Part shown: one piece after another, positions 18,286 through 28,067 of the stretch
How the letters are laid out: every line of letters begins with the position of its first letter
Numbering within the stretch: position 1 is the first letter of the stretch
Source of the DNA: Candidatus Saccharimonadota bacterium
GTDB taxonomy: Bacteria; Patescibacteriota; Saccharimonadia; Saccharimonadales; DTSZ01
Length of the DNA stretch: 64,000 nucleotides
NCBI GenBank assembly: GCA_012965045.1
Contig: DTSZ01000001.1
Span: forward strand, 503,763 to 567,762
Direction: 5' to 3'
Notes under the pieces: generated by a model
What the model saw: only the letters and a program-made list of their open reading frames with translations
Databases searched by the model: none
Told to the model about the DNA's origin: nothing
Program-made: the position numbers and the translations under genes

Positions 18286-18899
18286 CGCACGCTTCGTATA
18301 TCCTCTAGTATTGCTGCTTTTTGATCTTCAAGGTGCTGGAAAATAAACTCAGATTGACTACTCATGTCAACCTCTTCGCTTAAGGCTTCGATCAAGTAAT
18401 GGTTAACCACACTTGCCATGTCTTTATCGAGTTTTGTAAGCATTTCTTTCTTTTGTCGATCAACTTGTTCTTGCATTTCTTTCTGCAATACCGCTCGCTG
18501 CTCTTCCATGGCTTGTTGAGTCTTTGTAATCGATTCAATCGCCACCTGCTTAGCATCTTCAATAGACTTGGTGTAGGTTTTGAATTCTTCGTTTAAAGCT
18601 TTTTTAAGCGATTCACGCATATATTCGTTCAACTGACTTGCCGTTAGGTGTAAGTCTTGTTGCATAAACATAGCGTTTTCGTTAATTATTTTTTCGAAAT
18701 AAAGCCGGCCACGGTTACGCAGTTCTTCTCTAAATTCTTCAGAAAAAACTCGCTCTACTTCTTTTTTTGTCAGTTCAATTCGTGAATTATATTCACCAAT
18801 CTGAATATGCATGCGCCGCAAACTTAGCGCTAGCCACACAAAAGCCCCTAATACGCTCAACACTGCCAGTACGACAAAAATTGCTACTTGTCCGTCCAT
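18282..18899 (-). CDS. atpF: F-type ATP synthase b subunit-like (single TM plus long coiled coil)
   Basis: 205 aa. N-terminal TM VAIFVVLAVLSVLGAFVWLAL followed by a charged helical region. Lies directly upstream of atpH. Confidence 0.6.
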   Translation of the reverse strand: MDGQVAIFVVLAVLSVLGAFVWLALSLRRMHIQIGEYNSRIELTKKEVERVFSEEFREELRNRGRLYFEKIINENAMFMQQDLHLTASQLNEYMRESLKKALNEEFKTYTKSIEDAKQVAIESITKTQQAMEEQRAVLQKEMQEQVDRQKKEMLTKLDKDMASVVNHYLIEALSEEVDMSSQSEFIFQHLEDQKAAILEDIRSVR

Positions 18900-18957
18900 G
18901 AGCGAGAAATTCCCACCTGTTTATCTTACAAAAAGTATACCGCTTGTGGTTCCAGAT

Positions 18958-19578
18958 TCAAAGTGCTTCGCTTAACTGAATTGGCCTACTGTCGCCGCCT
19001 ACTAAATCTTGAGCGCCACTAATAGCGATTTTTGTGGCTTCTGTAAGCGTTAAATACCACCCTCGCGGCGTTACCCACCAGCGCGATCGGCGCCAGTTTT
19101 CGTCCTTAGCCGAGTAATTAATCTGCACGACAGATTCATCGACTACACGATCAAATTCAATCGAGGCTCGTCGCTGATGATAGGGTGATGTGACCAGTAT
19201 ATAACTGCGAATTTCTTCGCTGGCGATTATTTCAGCAACATGACGAGCATTTTCTTTGGTGTTACGCGATGTTTCATCCACAAAAATTACGTCTGGACTA
19301 ATACCGTCGGCTATTGCGAGTTGTTTCATGACTGCTGCATTTGAGGGGCTTGAAGGGTCATCGGCTGCGCCAGAAAATATCAAATAATCACCCCAACCCT
19401 CTTCGTATAGCTCAATGGCTTTTTCAAAACGTAAACCTTGGTCGCCACTAATTGCAACAATGGCGTCAGCTGGCCGCAATTGCTCTTGTGGGGCTAGCCA
19501 ATACCCAAGAATTGCCAGCCCAGCTACGCATATTAAAAAGAAGGTCCCGATTTTGTGAAATAAATGAAAAATCAGCAC
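18958..19578 (-). CDS. DUF218 (YdcF/ElyC-like) domain membrane protein
   Basis: 206 aa. N-terminal TM. AIVAISGDQGLRFEKAIELYEEGWGDYLIFSG and YILVTSPYHQRRA are typical of DUF218. Confidence 0.7.
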   Translation of the reverse strand: MLIFHLFHKIGTFFLICVAGLAILGYWLAPQEQLRPADAIVAISGDQGLRFEKAIELYEEGWGDYLIFSGAADDPSSPSNAAVMKQLAIADGISPDVIFVDETSRNTKENARHVAEIIASEEIRSYILVTSPYHQRRASIEFDRVVDESVVQINYSAKDENWRRSRWWVTPRGWYLTLTEATKIAISGAQDLVGGDSRPIQLSEAL

Positions 19579-20730
19579 TTAAACCAAACCTTTTAGGGTG
19601 TCGAGTAGGTAGTTAACATCCTCATTCGTAGTCTGTCGCCCCATGGCAATCCTAATAGTGCTTTGCGCTTCTGCTTTTGATAGACCAATTGCACTCAAGC
19701 TCTGCGATGGCTCGCCGCTAGCAGCATTACAGGCTGACCCACGGCCAAGCTCAATGCCAGCTTCGTCTAACTCCATCACTAAGCGCTCGGCGTCTACTCC
19801 ATCAAAATGGACACTGGTTAATGAAGGTACTCGTCGAGCCTTGGCGATATGCATGGTAGCGGTAGGTATGTGCTGTAATCCCTGTCGAAGCCGAGTATCA
19901 AGTTTTTCTAAACGCTCGTTCTCTGATTGTCTAGATTCTTGGGCAATTTTTAAGGACTCTGCCATCGCCACTGCCCCAGCAACATTCTGTGTTCCAGGAC
20001 GTAAGCCGTGTTCGTGCTCTCCGCCAAAAAACAACGGCGAAATCTCAGTACCACGAGCCACATATAGTACCCCGACTTGCTTCGGCCCATATAATTTTGC
20101 TGCGCTCAAGCTCATGGCATCCACACCAAGTGCAGAAACGTTAACGGATAAATAGTTAGCAGTCTGAGCAGCATCGGTATGCAGAAGCAGTGGTGTGTTG
20201 TTGCCCGATTGTATTCGTTGGTGGCGAACAGTTCGAATATGGCTAGCAATTGCTTTTAAATCTTGAATGGTGCCAAATTCGTTGTGAACATGAATGACGC
20301 TAATAGCCACGGTATTGTCGCGTATAAGTGCATGAAGTGCATCGAGTTGAATGTGGCCGTTGCTGTCGACGGGGGCAATATCAAAACTAAGCTGGCCGCG
20401 TTCTTGCAACCCTTCAATTACACCCCGCACTGATTCATGTTCGACGGCACTGATAATAAAATGGCTGTTTGGGTAGCGTAGAGCAATGCCTTGTAAGAAA
20501 ATATTGTTAGCTTCAGTAACTCCAGCTGTAAAGCTAATTGTTTGGCTTTGGGCGCCTAGCAATGCGGCAATATCATGGCGGGCCGTATTGAGGGTTTTTT
20601 TGGCATCTTGTGCCCGCAAATAGGTGGCCGATGGATTGTAAAAATCATCAACTAAATATGGCTCCATTGCCGAAAAAACTCGGCTATCGAGCGGGGTTGC
20701 AGCTGCATAATCAAAATAATAAGTTTTCAC
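19579..20730 (-). CDS. Cysteine desulfurase (class V aminotransferase, NifS/IscS-like)
   Basis: 383 aa. PLP-lysine region SLSAAKLYGPKQVGVLYV and active-site GSACNAASGEPS. Confidence 0.85.
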   Translation of the reverse strand: MKTYYFDYAAATPLDSRVFSAMEPYLVDDFYNPSATYLRAQDAKKTLNTARHDIAALLGAQSQTISFTAGVTEANNIFLQGIALRYPNSHFIISAVEHESVRGVIEGLQERGQLSFDIAPVDSNGHIQLDALHALIRDNTVAISVIHVHNEFGTIQDLKAIASHIRTVRHQRIQSGNNTPLLLHTDAAQTANYLSVNVSALGVDAMSLSAAKLYGPKQVGVLYVARGTEISPLFFGGEHEHGLRPGTQNVAGAVAMAESLKIAQESRQSENERLEKLDTRLRQGLQHIPTATMHIAKARRVPSLTSVHFDGVDAERLVMELDEAGIELGRGSACNAASGEPSQSLSAIGLSKAEAQSTIRIAMGRQTTNEDVNYLLDTLKGLV

Positions 20731-20733
20731 TAA

Positions 20734-21441
20734 TTATATTTTAGCGTACATCTCGTTTACATTGCGATAATAAGCCTTAACTGCGTCTTCGAATCGATTG
20801 AATTCTTCGCCGCGCAAAACGTTATCGGCGTAACCAACTTGTCGAGAAATGACGTACGATGGACTATCTTCAGGTTTAATTTTAAATGTAACCACCGCTG
20901 GCTCACCCACTGGGAACTGGCGTCGGAACATCCATGTGTTCTTGTCTACGCAAAAAAACGTAACTGTTTGGCCTTGAGGTTGTTCTCCAAATACTTCACC
21001 ACCAACTTCTGACTCTTTTTCGCGGAATAGAACCCGAGCTTCTGGATCGGGTATTTTTGGTTCAGAAATGTTTCTAAAACCGTTAAGAATCCTAGACACC
21101 AATGATCCTTTAGTGTAATCACGCCCACCGTATCGACTGATTGCTTCTTCGCGTTGTGACAGTACAGAATTAGCTAATAAAACAATGTCGCTACATCTGT
21201 TGGTTAGCATGGCTTCTTCAAAACTGCCATCGCTAGCGTGCTGACTTATTTGCTGTCGCAGGGCATTTTGGTGATCGGATTCAGGATCAACTAAAGCAGA
21301 TTGAGCCATTGCTTCATCTTGGCGCTGATTAACTGTGTGTGGGCTTGCAAACCTCTGCTCCACATAGCCACCGATAGGTGTTGGTTCCCGCACAACTCCT
21401 TCTTGGCTCTCTTCTGGTCTATCGATGGTTTGATTGTTCAT
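20734..21441 (-). CDS. Hypothetical protein
   Basis: 235-aa track ORF on the same strand, tightly packed between TatD and the desulfurase (4-nt overlap with TatD). No motif recognised. Confidence 0.55.
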   Translation of the reverse strand: MNNQTIDRPEESQEGVVREPTPIGGYVEQRFASPHTVNQRQDEAMAQSALVDPESDHQNALRQQISQHASDGSFEEAMLTNRCSDIVLLANSVLSQREEAISRYGGRDYTKGSLVSRILNGFRNISEPKIPDPEARVLFREKESEVGGEVFGEQPQGQTVTFFCVDKNTWMFRRQFPVGEPAVVTFKIKPEDSPSYVISRQVGYADNVLRGEEFNRFEDAVKAYYRNVNEMYAKI

Positions 21442-22190
21442 ATATTTAGTAATCTTTTGGCGTTGTTAGTTGTTGACTGCGCGATCTGCTCCCAAGATTC
21501 GTCTCGGATTTCTGCGATTCGCTGTGCCACCTCCACCACATATTTTGGCTCGTTTACTTTACCACGAAATGGCTTAGGTGTCAAAAATGGTGCATCTGTT
21601 TCTAGCAGCATTTTATCCAACGGACAGGCTTTAAGTGCAGCGAGCTGTTTATCGTCTTTTGTGAAACTCATAATTCCGTTAAAAGCGATGTATAAATTCC
21701 GTGCTAGTGCTTGATCAAGTTCAGTCTTTGTTGCCGAAAAGCTATGTATTGCACCCCGAAGTCCAGAATATTCATCAAAAATTGGCCAAAATTCAGTAAA
21801 GGCACTGCGAATATGAAACAGTAGCGGCAGGTTAGTTTCGGTAGCCAATTGCAAATGCCAGCGCAGCGCTGCTTCTTGGGCAGTTTTATCAGAATTATTG
21901 TAGTAATAATCAAGGCCGCATTCACCTATGGCAACTACAGAATCTTCATCCGTTAATGATCGAATACTTTCTTTTTCTGAGTCGCCAAACGTATCAGCAT
22001 CATGAGGATGCTGGGCAACAGCTGCCCATACGTCATGCTCAGCAGCAAATGCCGCCGCCTCCTGACTGTCTTTTGCGGTAGTTCCAATACAAACGACTGT
22101 CTGTACTCCAGCCTGAAAAGCTCGGTCTAGTACTACAGTGCCGTTTTCAAAAAACTCAGTATCGTGTATGTGGCAATGGGTATCAATCAT
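21438..22190 (-). CDS. tatD: TatD-family metal-dependent hydrolase/DNase
   Basis: 250 aa. MIDTHCHI start, GECGLDYYY, LETDAPFL. Confidence 0.85.
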   Translation of the reverse strand: MIDTHCHIHDTEFFENGTVVLDRAFQAGVQTVVCIGTTAKDSQEAAAFAAEHDVWAAVAQHPHDADTFGDSEKESIRSLTDEDSVVAIGECGLDYYYNNSDKTAQEAALRWHLQLATETNLPLLFHIRSAFTEFWPIFDEYSGLRGAIHSFSATKTELDQALARNLYIAFNGIMSFTKDDKQLAALKACPLDKMLLETDAPFLTPKPFRGKVNEPKYVVEVAQRIAEIRDESWEQIAQSTTNNAKRLLNI

Positions 22191-22262
22191 ATTAGCAATA
22201 TACTATCATTTGCTTTTTTTAGTAATTGTTCTACACTATAGTTTGTGAAATTTTAGGATCAA

Positions 22263-22706
22263 ATGGAGAATCTCAAGAAAACTACGGCAACATTGGTAGC
22301 AGCAGGTGCTATCTTAGGCGCTGGTTGTTCAGAGCCTGCTAGCAATACCAAAGACATACAGCAAATACACACCGCGCTGCATGCCAGTGGTGAGCTAAAT
22401 GCTACGTTAAAAGACAGACAATGCGAAGATCTATCAGGTGCGTATACTGCCAATAACCAAACCGAATATTACTTCCGGTCAGTAACGCCGTCTGCAATTA
22501 CCGAACTGGGCATGCTGGCAAGTACTATCACCCTTGTTACAGAGCAAATGCCTGACACTTTTGACCCTATCACGTTTAGTGAAATTGAGGAGTTTGTGAC
22601 GAGCAATTCAACCAGTACCGATTTGGGTGATGGCACGTTTTACCAATGCACCGACACTTACTATGGCGCGACAATCGAAGATATAACTATTGGATACAAT
22701 GATTGA
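22263..22706 (+). CDS. Putative lipoprotein
   Basis: 147 aa. Signal peptide ending ILGAGCSEP (near-lipobox). Confidence 0.55.
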   Translation: MENLKKTTATLVAAGAILGAGCSEPASNTKDIQQIHTALHASGELNATLKDRQCEDLSGAYTANNQTEYYFRSVTPSAITELGMLASTITLVTEQMPDTFDPITFSEIEEFVTSNSTSTDLGDGTFYQCTDTYYGATIEDITIGYND

Positions 22707-23052
22707 GAAAGCACCAAAAACTCGTGTGTCTCTGGCTGCTGCCATGCTGGTTTTAGCTGGCTGCGCTCCAAGTGCTCCCCGATCACCAGCCGAAATTGAA
22801 GCCTTGCAGTATTTAGCTGGCAGCACTGACCGTTCGGTCGAATTTGCGGGTGAATGCGGAACTGAGCAAGTTGCTCTAACAGACGACATATACGTAACCG
22901 ATCAAAACAGCATTACGTATATGGAAAATAAAATTGTCTCCGTAGGTTCAATGATAATTGCGGGCGGGATAACCGGTGAAATTACCTGCACTCAGCTAGA
23001 CGCTAATACAGCACGACTTACAGTCGGCAACTTTGGACTGGTAGAAGATTAA
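22690..23052 (+). CDS. Putative lipoprotein
   Basis: 120 aa. Canonical lipobox LVLAGCAPS. Confidence 0.6.
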   Translation: MDTMIEKAPKTRVSLAAAMLVLAGCAPSAPRSPAEIEALQYLAGSTDRSVEFAGECGTEQVALTDDIYVTDQNSITYMENKIVSVGSMIIAGGITGEITCTQLDANTARLTVGNFGLVED

Positions 23053-24509
23053 TTCCTGCTTGGCTCAGGCGTATATAGATACTTTTTAGGAAAGAGCGGT
23101 TGGTCGAGCCTTTGAACCACTCCACTGTTAAACACCGCTTTTACTTTCGCGGCTGTGTCTGGCAGCGCTGGCTCTAATAGTCGCACCGCTTGCAACAGTG
23201 AATTAACAGCGCTGGCTAGCACCTGCTGTAAATGGTCTTTGCTGTTAACTTCTTTAGAAATTTCCCACGGTTTTGTTTCTTCAAGATACTGGTTAACACC
23301 GCTAATTAAATTCCAACCAATTTCTATAGCTTGATCAAACTTAAAATTTTGCACTGCTTCGTGATACAAGCCTTCGTCATGTTCACTTTGCTGCATATCA
23401 CCAATAATTCCATCTTGGTAGCGTAGAATCATGGCACTAAGTCGCTGCACTAAATTCCCAAGATCATTGGCTAGCTCACCGTTATAGGCTCTCTCAAATC
23501 GTTGCCAGCTAAAATCACCGTCATCGGTTGTCGACACATGTCTCAGCAAATAGTAGCGCAGTGCATCCGCGCCATATTGTTCAACAACCTCCAGCGGATC
23601 GACGACATTGTCTAAGCTTTTACTCATTTTTTGTCCATCAACAGTTAAAAACCCGTTGATGATTATTTGCTTCGATGGCGGTAAACCAGCCGACAATAAC
23701 ATTGCCTGCCACATTGCACTTTGTTGACGCAGGTTGTCTTTACCGGCAATTTGGGTTCCTGGCCAAAAGGCCCTGTAGCTGTCATCAGGCCAACCGAGGG
23801 TAGAGATGTAATTAACAAGCGCGTCAAACCACACATACATAACGTGGTCTTTGTCGTGTGGCACTGGCACTCCCCATGGCATTTTTTCCTTAAGTCGTGA
23901 AATAGAAAAATCTTGTAAGCCACGTTCAACAAACGATGTTATTTCTTTCATGCGAGACTGTGGGTATACAAAATTTGGATTTTCTTGATACAACTCCAGC
24001 AGTGCTTGTTGGTATTTCGAAAACCTAAAAAAGTAATTTTCTTCTTCTTTGAATTCAATCTCTCTACCCGGGTGCAATGGACACTGACCATTAACAAGCT
24101 CTGAGTCAGTTTTTTCTAACTCACACCCAACACAATACTTAACTGCATATTCTTTTTTGTAGATATCACCATTGTCGTAGCAGCGTTTCCAAAACTCTTG
24201 AGCTGCTTTTTTATGATCAGGATTTGTGGTTCGAATAAAGTTAGTGACACTTAAATTGAGCGGTTCTTGTAGGTCAACAAACGTCTGGGCATTTGTATCG
24301 ACAAATTCCTGAGTACTAACTCCAGCTTCTTTTGCATTGTCGTGGATTTTTTGGCCATGCTCGTCGGTGCCGGTATTGAATATAACTTCATCGCCGATCA
24401 TACGATGGTATCGAGCAAGCATGTCTGCTCGAATAATTTCGAGCGCAAATCCAACATGGGGCTTCGCGTTTACGTAGGGTAGGGTGGTCGTAATATAGTA
24501 ATTTGCCAT
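23049..24509 (-). CDS. metG: Methionyl-tRNA synthetase
   Basis: 486 aa. PYVNAKPHVGF (HIGH-like region), KMSKSL, CVGCE...CPLH zinc knuckle. Confidence 0.9.
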   Translation of the reverse strand: MANYYITTTLPYVNAKPHVGFALEIIRADMLARYHRMIGDEVIFNTGTDEHGQKIHDNAKEAGVSTQEFVDTNAQTFVDLQEPLNLSVTNFIRTTNPDHKKAAQEFWKRCYDNGDIYKKEYAVKYCVGCELEKTDSELVNGQCPLHPGREIEFKEEENYFFRFSKYQQALLELYQENPNFVYPQSRMKEITSFVERGLQDFSISRLKEKMPWGVPVPHDKDHVMYVWFDALVNYISTLGWPDDSYRAFWPGTQIAGKDNLRQQSAMWQAMLLSAGLPPSKQIIINGFLTVDGQKMSKSLDNVVDPLEVVEQYGADALRYYLLRHVSTTDDGDFSWQRFERAYNGELANDLGNLVQRLSAMILRYQDGIIGDMQQSEHDEGLYHEAVQNFKFDQAIEIGWNLISGVNQYLEETKPWEISKEVNSKDHLQQVLASAVNSLLQAVRLLEPALPDTAAKVKAVFNSGVVQRLDQPLFPKKYLYTPEPSRN

Positions 24510-24563
24510 GTAGCTATGCTAACAGATGTAGGCTCGAGCTACTAGAGTTAAGTATGAAAAACT

Positions 24564-26312
24564 TTAGGGCTTTTTTAATAAGTCTTCAGCATCAACTTGA
24601 ATATCTTCATCAGCTTCGTGAACACGTACTGGCTCTTTTCGTTTTCGTCGCCAGACAATAAATCCATAGACACTAGCCGCTACGACAACCGCCAAAACAA
24701 TTGCCGGTATAAACGATAGATTTGAATCTGCTTCAGCAACAACATCAACCGCGTCATTCTGCAATAAACCTACTCCGACCGTGCTTGGACCCCAACTAGC
24801 CGAACCCAGTGCTAACCGCCAACGGGTCATTTCTTGTAGTGGAGCAAGTGAGCCTAAGCGGTAGGCGTTACCACCGTCTTCATAGCCAACACCATCCACA
24901 ACTGCACCGGCAAGCATGGTTATTGTCGTTTTTGTAAACGATAGCCCAGGAAGTAGTAAATACTTGGTTTGAGCTACCAATGGAATGAAGTCGTCGGGCA
25001 GGTCAGGTGTTTCGTTTAAAGCCAGTAGCTGTACCGTGTTATGGTTTTTTGGAGGTTTTTCGCTATCAATACCGCGGATAAATTCGGCAACATGAAACCC
25101 GTCACTAACCCCAAATTGCTCATACATTGTGTTCATTGCTGGATCAGCTGTCATCCAGCCTGTGCCCGGCAAATATACTTCCGCCCAATAATGTTGCGTT
25201 GGATTTTCTAATGCTTGAGCGCCGTTATGGGTGAGTGTTCCAGCAATTAACCGAGCAGGTAGGCCGCTAGCTCGAACATCGGCAATAAAACTATTCAGTA
25301 CATCCAGGTAGCTATCGCTGTTAGTTTGGCTTGCTGCTTCAGTCGCTGCTTCATACAGTGTTTCAATAGTTGCTTTGGCCGTGTCCTGGGTTTGTTCTTG
25401 CCCGCTAGCCCATAAACCAGTCTGAGAAACATACGCTTCAAGGGTGCCCGGGACTTCATCAACTCCACGATCGTCATCAATTGCATAGCGCACGCTCCGC
25501 ACAGTAGCAACTGCCGATGCTTCAACCTTAACGGATCGTTTTGGCCCCAAATTGTACATGGCAATTATATTGCCGTCGGTGTCTAAATGAATCGTTGTCG
25601 GCTTAGGGCTAATGTCCTCAATATGAACTACTTGCTGATTAGTGTCTGGCGCTAATACAACTTGCTTAGTTTGCCACCAAAAACTAGTGTTTTTTAGCTC
25701 TTCACTCCAGTTAAGTCGATAACTTTGGGTAGTAGCAAAATCTAATAGTACTGACGTGGTGCGGGCTTCGTCGAACCGAAAAACATAGGTCTGCATGCCG
25801 CCACCAACACTCGAATCATCGGCCTGCGTGCCTATTGCGACTGGCACTCCAAGGGTTAGTGGGGCAGTGATTTCTACCTGCTCAGTCACGTTCTGAGTGC
25901 TGTAATCTAAAGCAGCCACAGCGATGGTTTTCAATTCCCCATCTCCCAGCAACGACGTTGTGTCGTAGCTTAATTCGGCTTGCCAGCTAGCACTTGGAGG
26001 AGTGAATAAAACCTCGACAATATCGACTGTAAATGGGCCACGCTGTACTTGAGTTGCTTCAAGATCATACTCAACCGCAGTACCGTCAATCTCAACGCTC
26101 AGATTATTAGCTTCCTTCGTAGGCAGCGGAAAGCGAACCACGCCGTCTCCTGTTGATGCAGCTTCAACAGTCTGCACGACAGTCTGGGTGTCGTCTTCTG
26201 CAATAGTTATAGCAGTCGTAATATCAAGACTAGAAAGCTCAGCGGCATGCACCGATTGGTTAAAACCACCAAAAGCTAGCAGAAAAACAAAGGCCGTAAG
26301 AAATTTTTTCAT
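24564..26312 (-). CDS. Secreted, C-terminally anchored transglutaminase-like domain protein
   Basis: The track ORF starts at 26342. ATG 26312 gives MKKFLTAFVFLLAFGG (signal peptide). Core GLPARLIAGT...HYWAEVYLPGTGWMTADP. C-terminal TM plus basic/acidic tail. Confidence 0.7.
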   Translation of the reverse strand: MKKFLTAFVFLLAFGGFNQSVHAAELSSLDITTAITIAEDDTQTVVQTVEAASTGDGVVRFPLPTKEANNLSVEIDGTAVEYDLEATQVQRGPFTVDIVEVLFTPPSASWQAELSYDTTSLLGDGELKTIAVAALDYSTQNVTEQVEITAPLTLGVPVAIGTQADDSSVGGGMQTYVFRFDEARTTSVLLDFATTQSYRLNWSEELKNTSFWWQTKQVVLAPDTNQQVVHIEDISPKPTTIHLDTDGNIIAMYNLGPKRSVKVEASAVATVRSVRYAIDDDRGVDEVPGTLEAYVSQTGLWASGQEQTQDTAKATIETLYEAATEAASQTNSDSYLDVLNSFIADVRASGLPARLIAGTLTHNGAQALENPTQHYWAEVYLPGTGWMTADPAMNTMYEQFGVSDGFHVAEFIRGIDSEKPPKNHNTVQLLALNETPDLPDDFIPLVAQTKYLLLPGLSFTKTTITMLAGAVVDGVGYEDGGNAYRLGSLAPLQEMTRWRLALGSASWGPSTVGVGLLQNDAVDVVAEADSNLSFIPAIVLAVVVAASVYGFIVWRRKRKEPVRVHEADEDIQVDAEDLLKKP

Positions 26313-26356
26313 TATGTATAGTCTAAACCAAAGCACAACCAAGATAAACTAAAGCT

Positions 26357-27112
26357 TTACAGCTTTTCAGCCAAACTGCACCAATCATCTACAGAAAGCT
26401 CTTGGGCTCGAACATTTGGACCCCATCCTAAACTTTCTATTATTGTAGCTATGTGGTCTTTTGGCATGTGCAGCCCACCGCTTAACGAATTAACTAGTTT
26501 TTTACGTCGTTCACCAAAACCAGCTTTAACGACTCTAAAAAATTGTTTGTTATCAATATCATCGCGAGTGGGTTGTGGAATTAGCTGCACAATCTGTGAA
26601 TCTACTTTTGGCGGAGGAGTGAATAACCCGGCAGGGACTTCTGGACCCAAACTACAATCAGCATAAAACTGAGCGGCTACGCTCAATATCGACATTTTGC
26701 CAGGCTCAGCCACAATTCGCTGTGCCACCTCCTTTTGGATCAGTAGTCCAATTGCCGTTGGTTGATTTTTTAGCTCCAGTAAATTACGAATTAACTTAGA
26801 TGTCAGGTAGTAGGGGATATTGCCAACAACCTTAAAGTTTTTAAATTTACTAAAATCAAACTGCAAAATATCTTCGTTTACAATCGAAATATCCTCAGTA
26901 CTAAACTTTTTCTGTAAATCGGCAGCTAACATACTATCAAATTCAACAGCAGTAACTGTGGCCCCACGCGACAGTAACTCCTCGCTCAAAGTTCCTAAGC
27001 CGGGACCGATCTCAATTACCGTATCGCCAGCTTCTACCTGCCCAGCATCCGCAACAGCCCGCAAGCTTGGTTCGTCAAACAACCAGTGTTGACCAAGTGA
27101 CTTATTAGGCAT
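26357..27112 (-). CDS. rsmA: 16S rRNA (adenine1518/1519-N6)-dimethyltransferase
   Basis: LGQHWLFD, VIEIGPGLGTLSEEL, GNIPYY. The track start at 27148 is TTG. ATG 27112 (MPNKSLGQHW) is more plausible. Confidence 0.85.
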   Translation of the reverse strand: MPNKSLGQHWLFDEPSLRAVADAGQVEAGDTVIEIGPGLGTLSEELLSRGATVTAVEFDSMLAADLQKKFSTEDISIVNEDILQFDFSKFKNFKVVGNIPYYLTSKLIRNLLELKNQPTAIGLLIQKEVAQRIVAEPGKMSILSVAAQFYADCSLGPEVPAGLFTPPPKVDSQIVQLIPQPTRDDIDNKQFFRVVKAGFGERRKKLVNSLSGGLHMPKDHIATIIESLGWGPNVRAQELSVDDWCSLAEKL

Positions 27113-28067
27113 CGCCAAATTTTCCAAACCACTCTTCTGCGCGTTCAATAATCTTTCTTTGCTGCTTCATTGGTCCATCAAGTCGTTCTTTAGCTTCCTT
27201 AAACGTAAACCACAATGCTTCGTCATGCTCTGGATCAATTGGCTTATCTAAATCGTTCTGCCATTCAAATAAGTAATAGTGGGTGGACTTTATCATGGGG
27301 AATTTTTTTAAACTCAAAACTCTATCTTCCTGCGCTCCTAGATATGCTAATGGCTTTGATGATGTTGCGGTTTCTTCAGACACCTCCCTTGTGGCTGTTT
27401 GCTCAAGGTTCTCGCCGTTTTCTACAGTTCCTTTTGGTAAATGAAACTCTGGTCCCTCAATCTCATGCTTTCTCAATAAGATAGCCTCTTTGATTCCACC
27501 ATTCTCTCTAAAAACAAGCCCCCCGGCTGACACGTGAAAAGGGTTGTTTGGATCTGCATGAAGACTAATTAAGCCAGACGGTCCATTCATAGTTTTTTGT
27601 TGCCCACTTCCAAACCATTCCTCAGCCCGCGCAATAATATCTTCTTCTTGCTTTGGCTGTTTAGATAATTTTTGTATAGCTTCATCCGCCGGCAACCAAA
27701 CCACCTCATCATGTTCATCATCCATAGCATCTGCGTCACGATCTATATACTCCATTAAGTAGTAGTGAGTTGCGCGGTCGATAGTAATATGAATCGTAAA
27801 ACTCCGCTGAATTGCGCCCAAATAAGCAATTGGTTTTGCAGTTATACCTGACTCTTCTTTAACTTCGCGAAGAGCCGCTTGTTCTAGATTTTCATCACCA
27901 TCTACTCTGCCTTTTGTTAGGTTGTAGGTTTCGGTGTCTGCATCAAATTTATAGCCTCGTCGAATTAAAATTGCGTATACGCGTTGGTCGTTTTCTACTT
28001 TATATACAACACCGCCAGCATTTACTTGATACGGCCAGTCTGGTGATGCGTGTAAATTTATTGCCAC
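27105..28067 (-). CDS. Tandem double-Nudix-domain protein
   Basis: 320 aa made of two ~155-aa halves. Nudix boxes GRVDGDENLEQAALREVKEESGI (canonical) and GTVENGENLEQTATREVSEETAT (degenerate end). Both halves end in ...ERAEEWFG. Confidence 0.8.
   Translation of the reverse strand: MAINLHASPDWPYQVNAGGVVYKVENDQRVYAILIRRGYKFDADTETYNLTKGRVDGDENLEQAALREVKEESGITAKPIAYLGAIQRSFTIHITIDRATHYYLMEYIDRDADAMDDEHDEVVWLPADEAIQKLSKQPKQEEDIIARAEEWFGSGQQKTMNGPSGLISLHADPNNPFHVSAGGLVFRENGGIKEAILLRKHEIEGPEFHLPKGTVENGENLEQTATREVSEETATSSKPLAYLGAQEDRVLSLKKFPMIKSTHYYLFEWQNDLDKPIDPEHDEALWFTFKEAKERLDGPMKQQRKIIERAEEWFGKFGDA

Noticed and set aside
14746-21714. Numerous 60-170-aa ORFs on the opposite strand of the atp genes, nifS-like gene and neighbours (e.g. 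14746..15027, 16036..16365, 17118..17333, 19643..20155, 21301..21714)
   Set aside because: Each lies entirely within a well-supported conserved gene on the other strand, and none has a recognisable motif.
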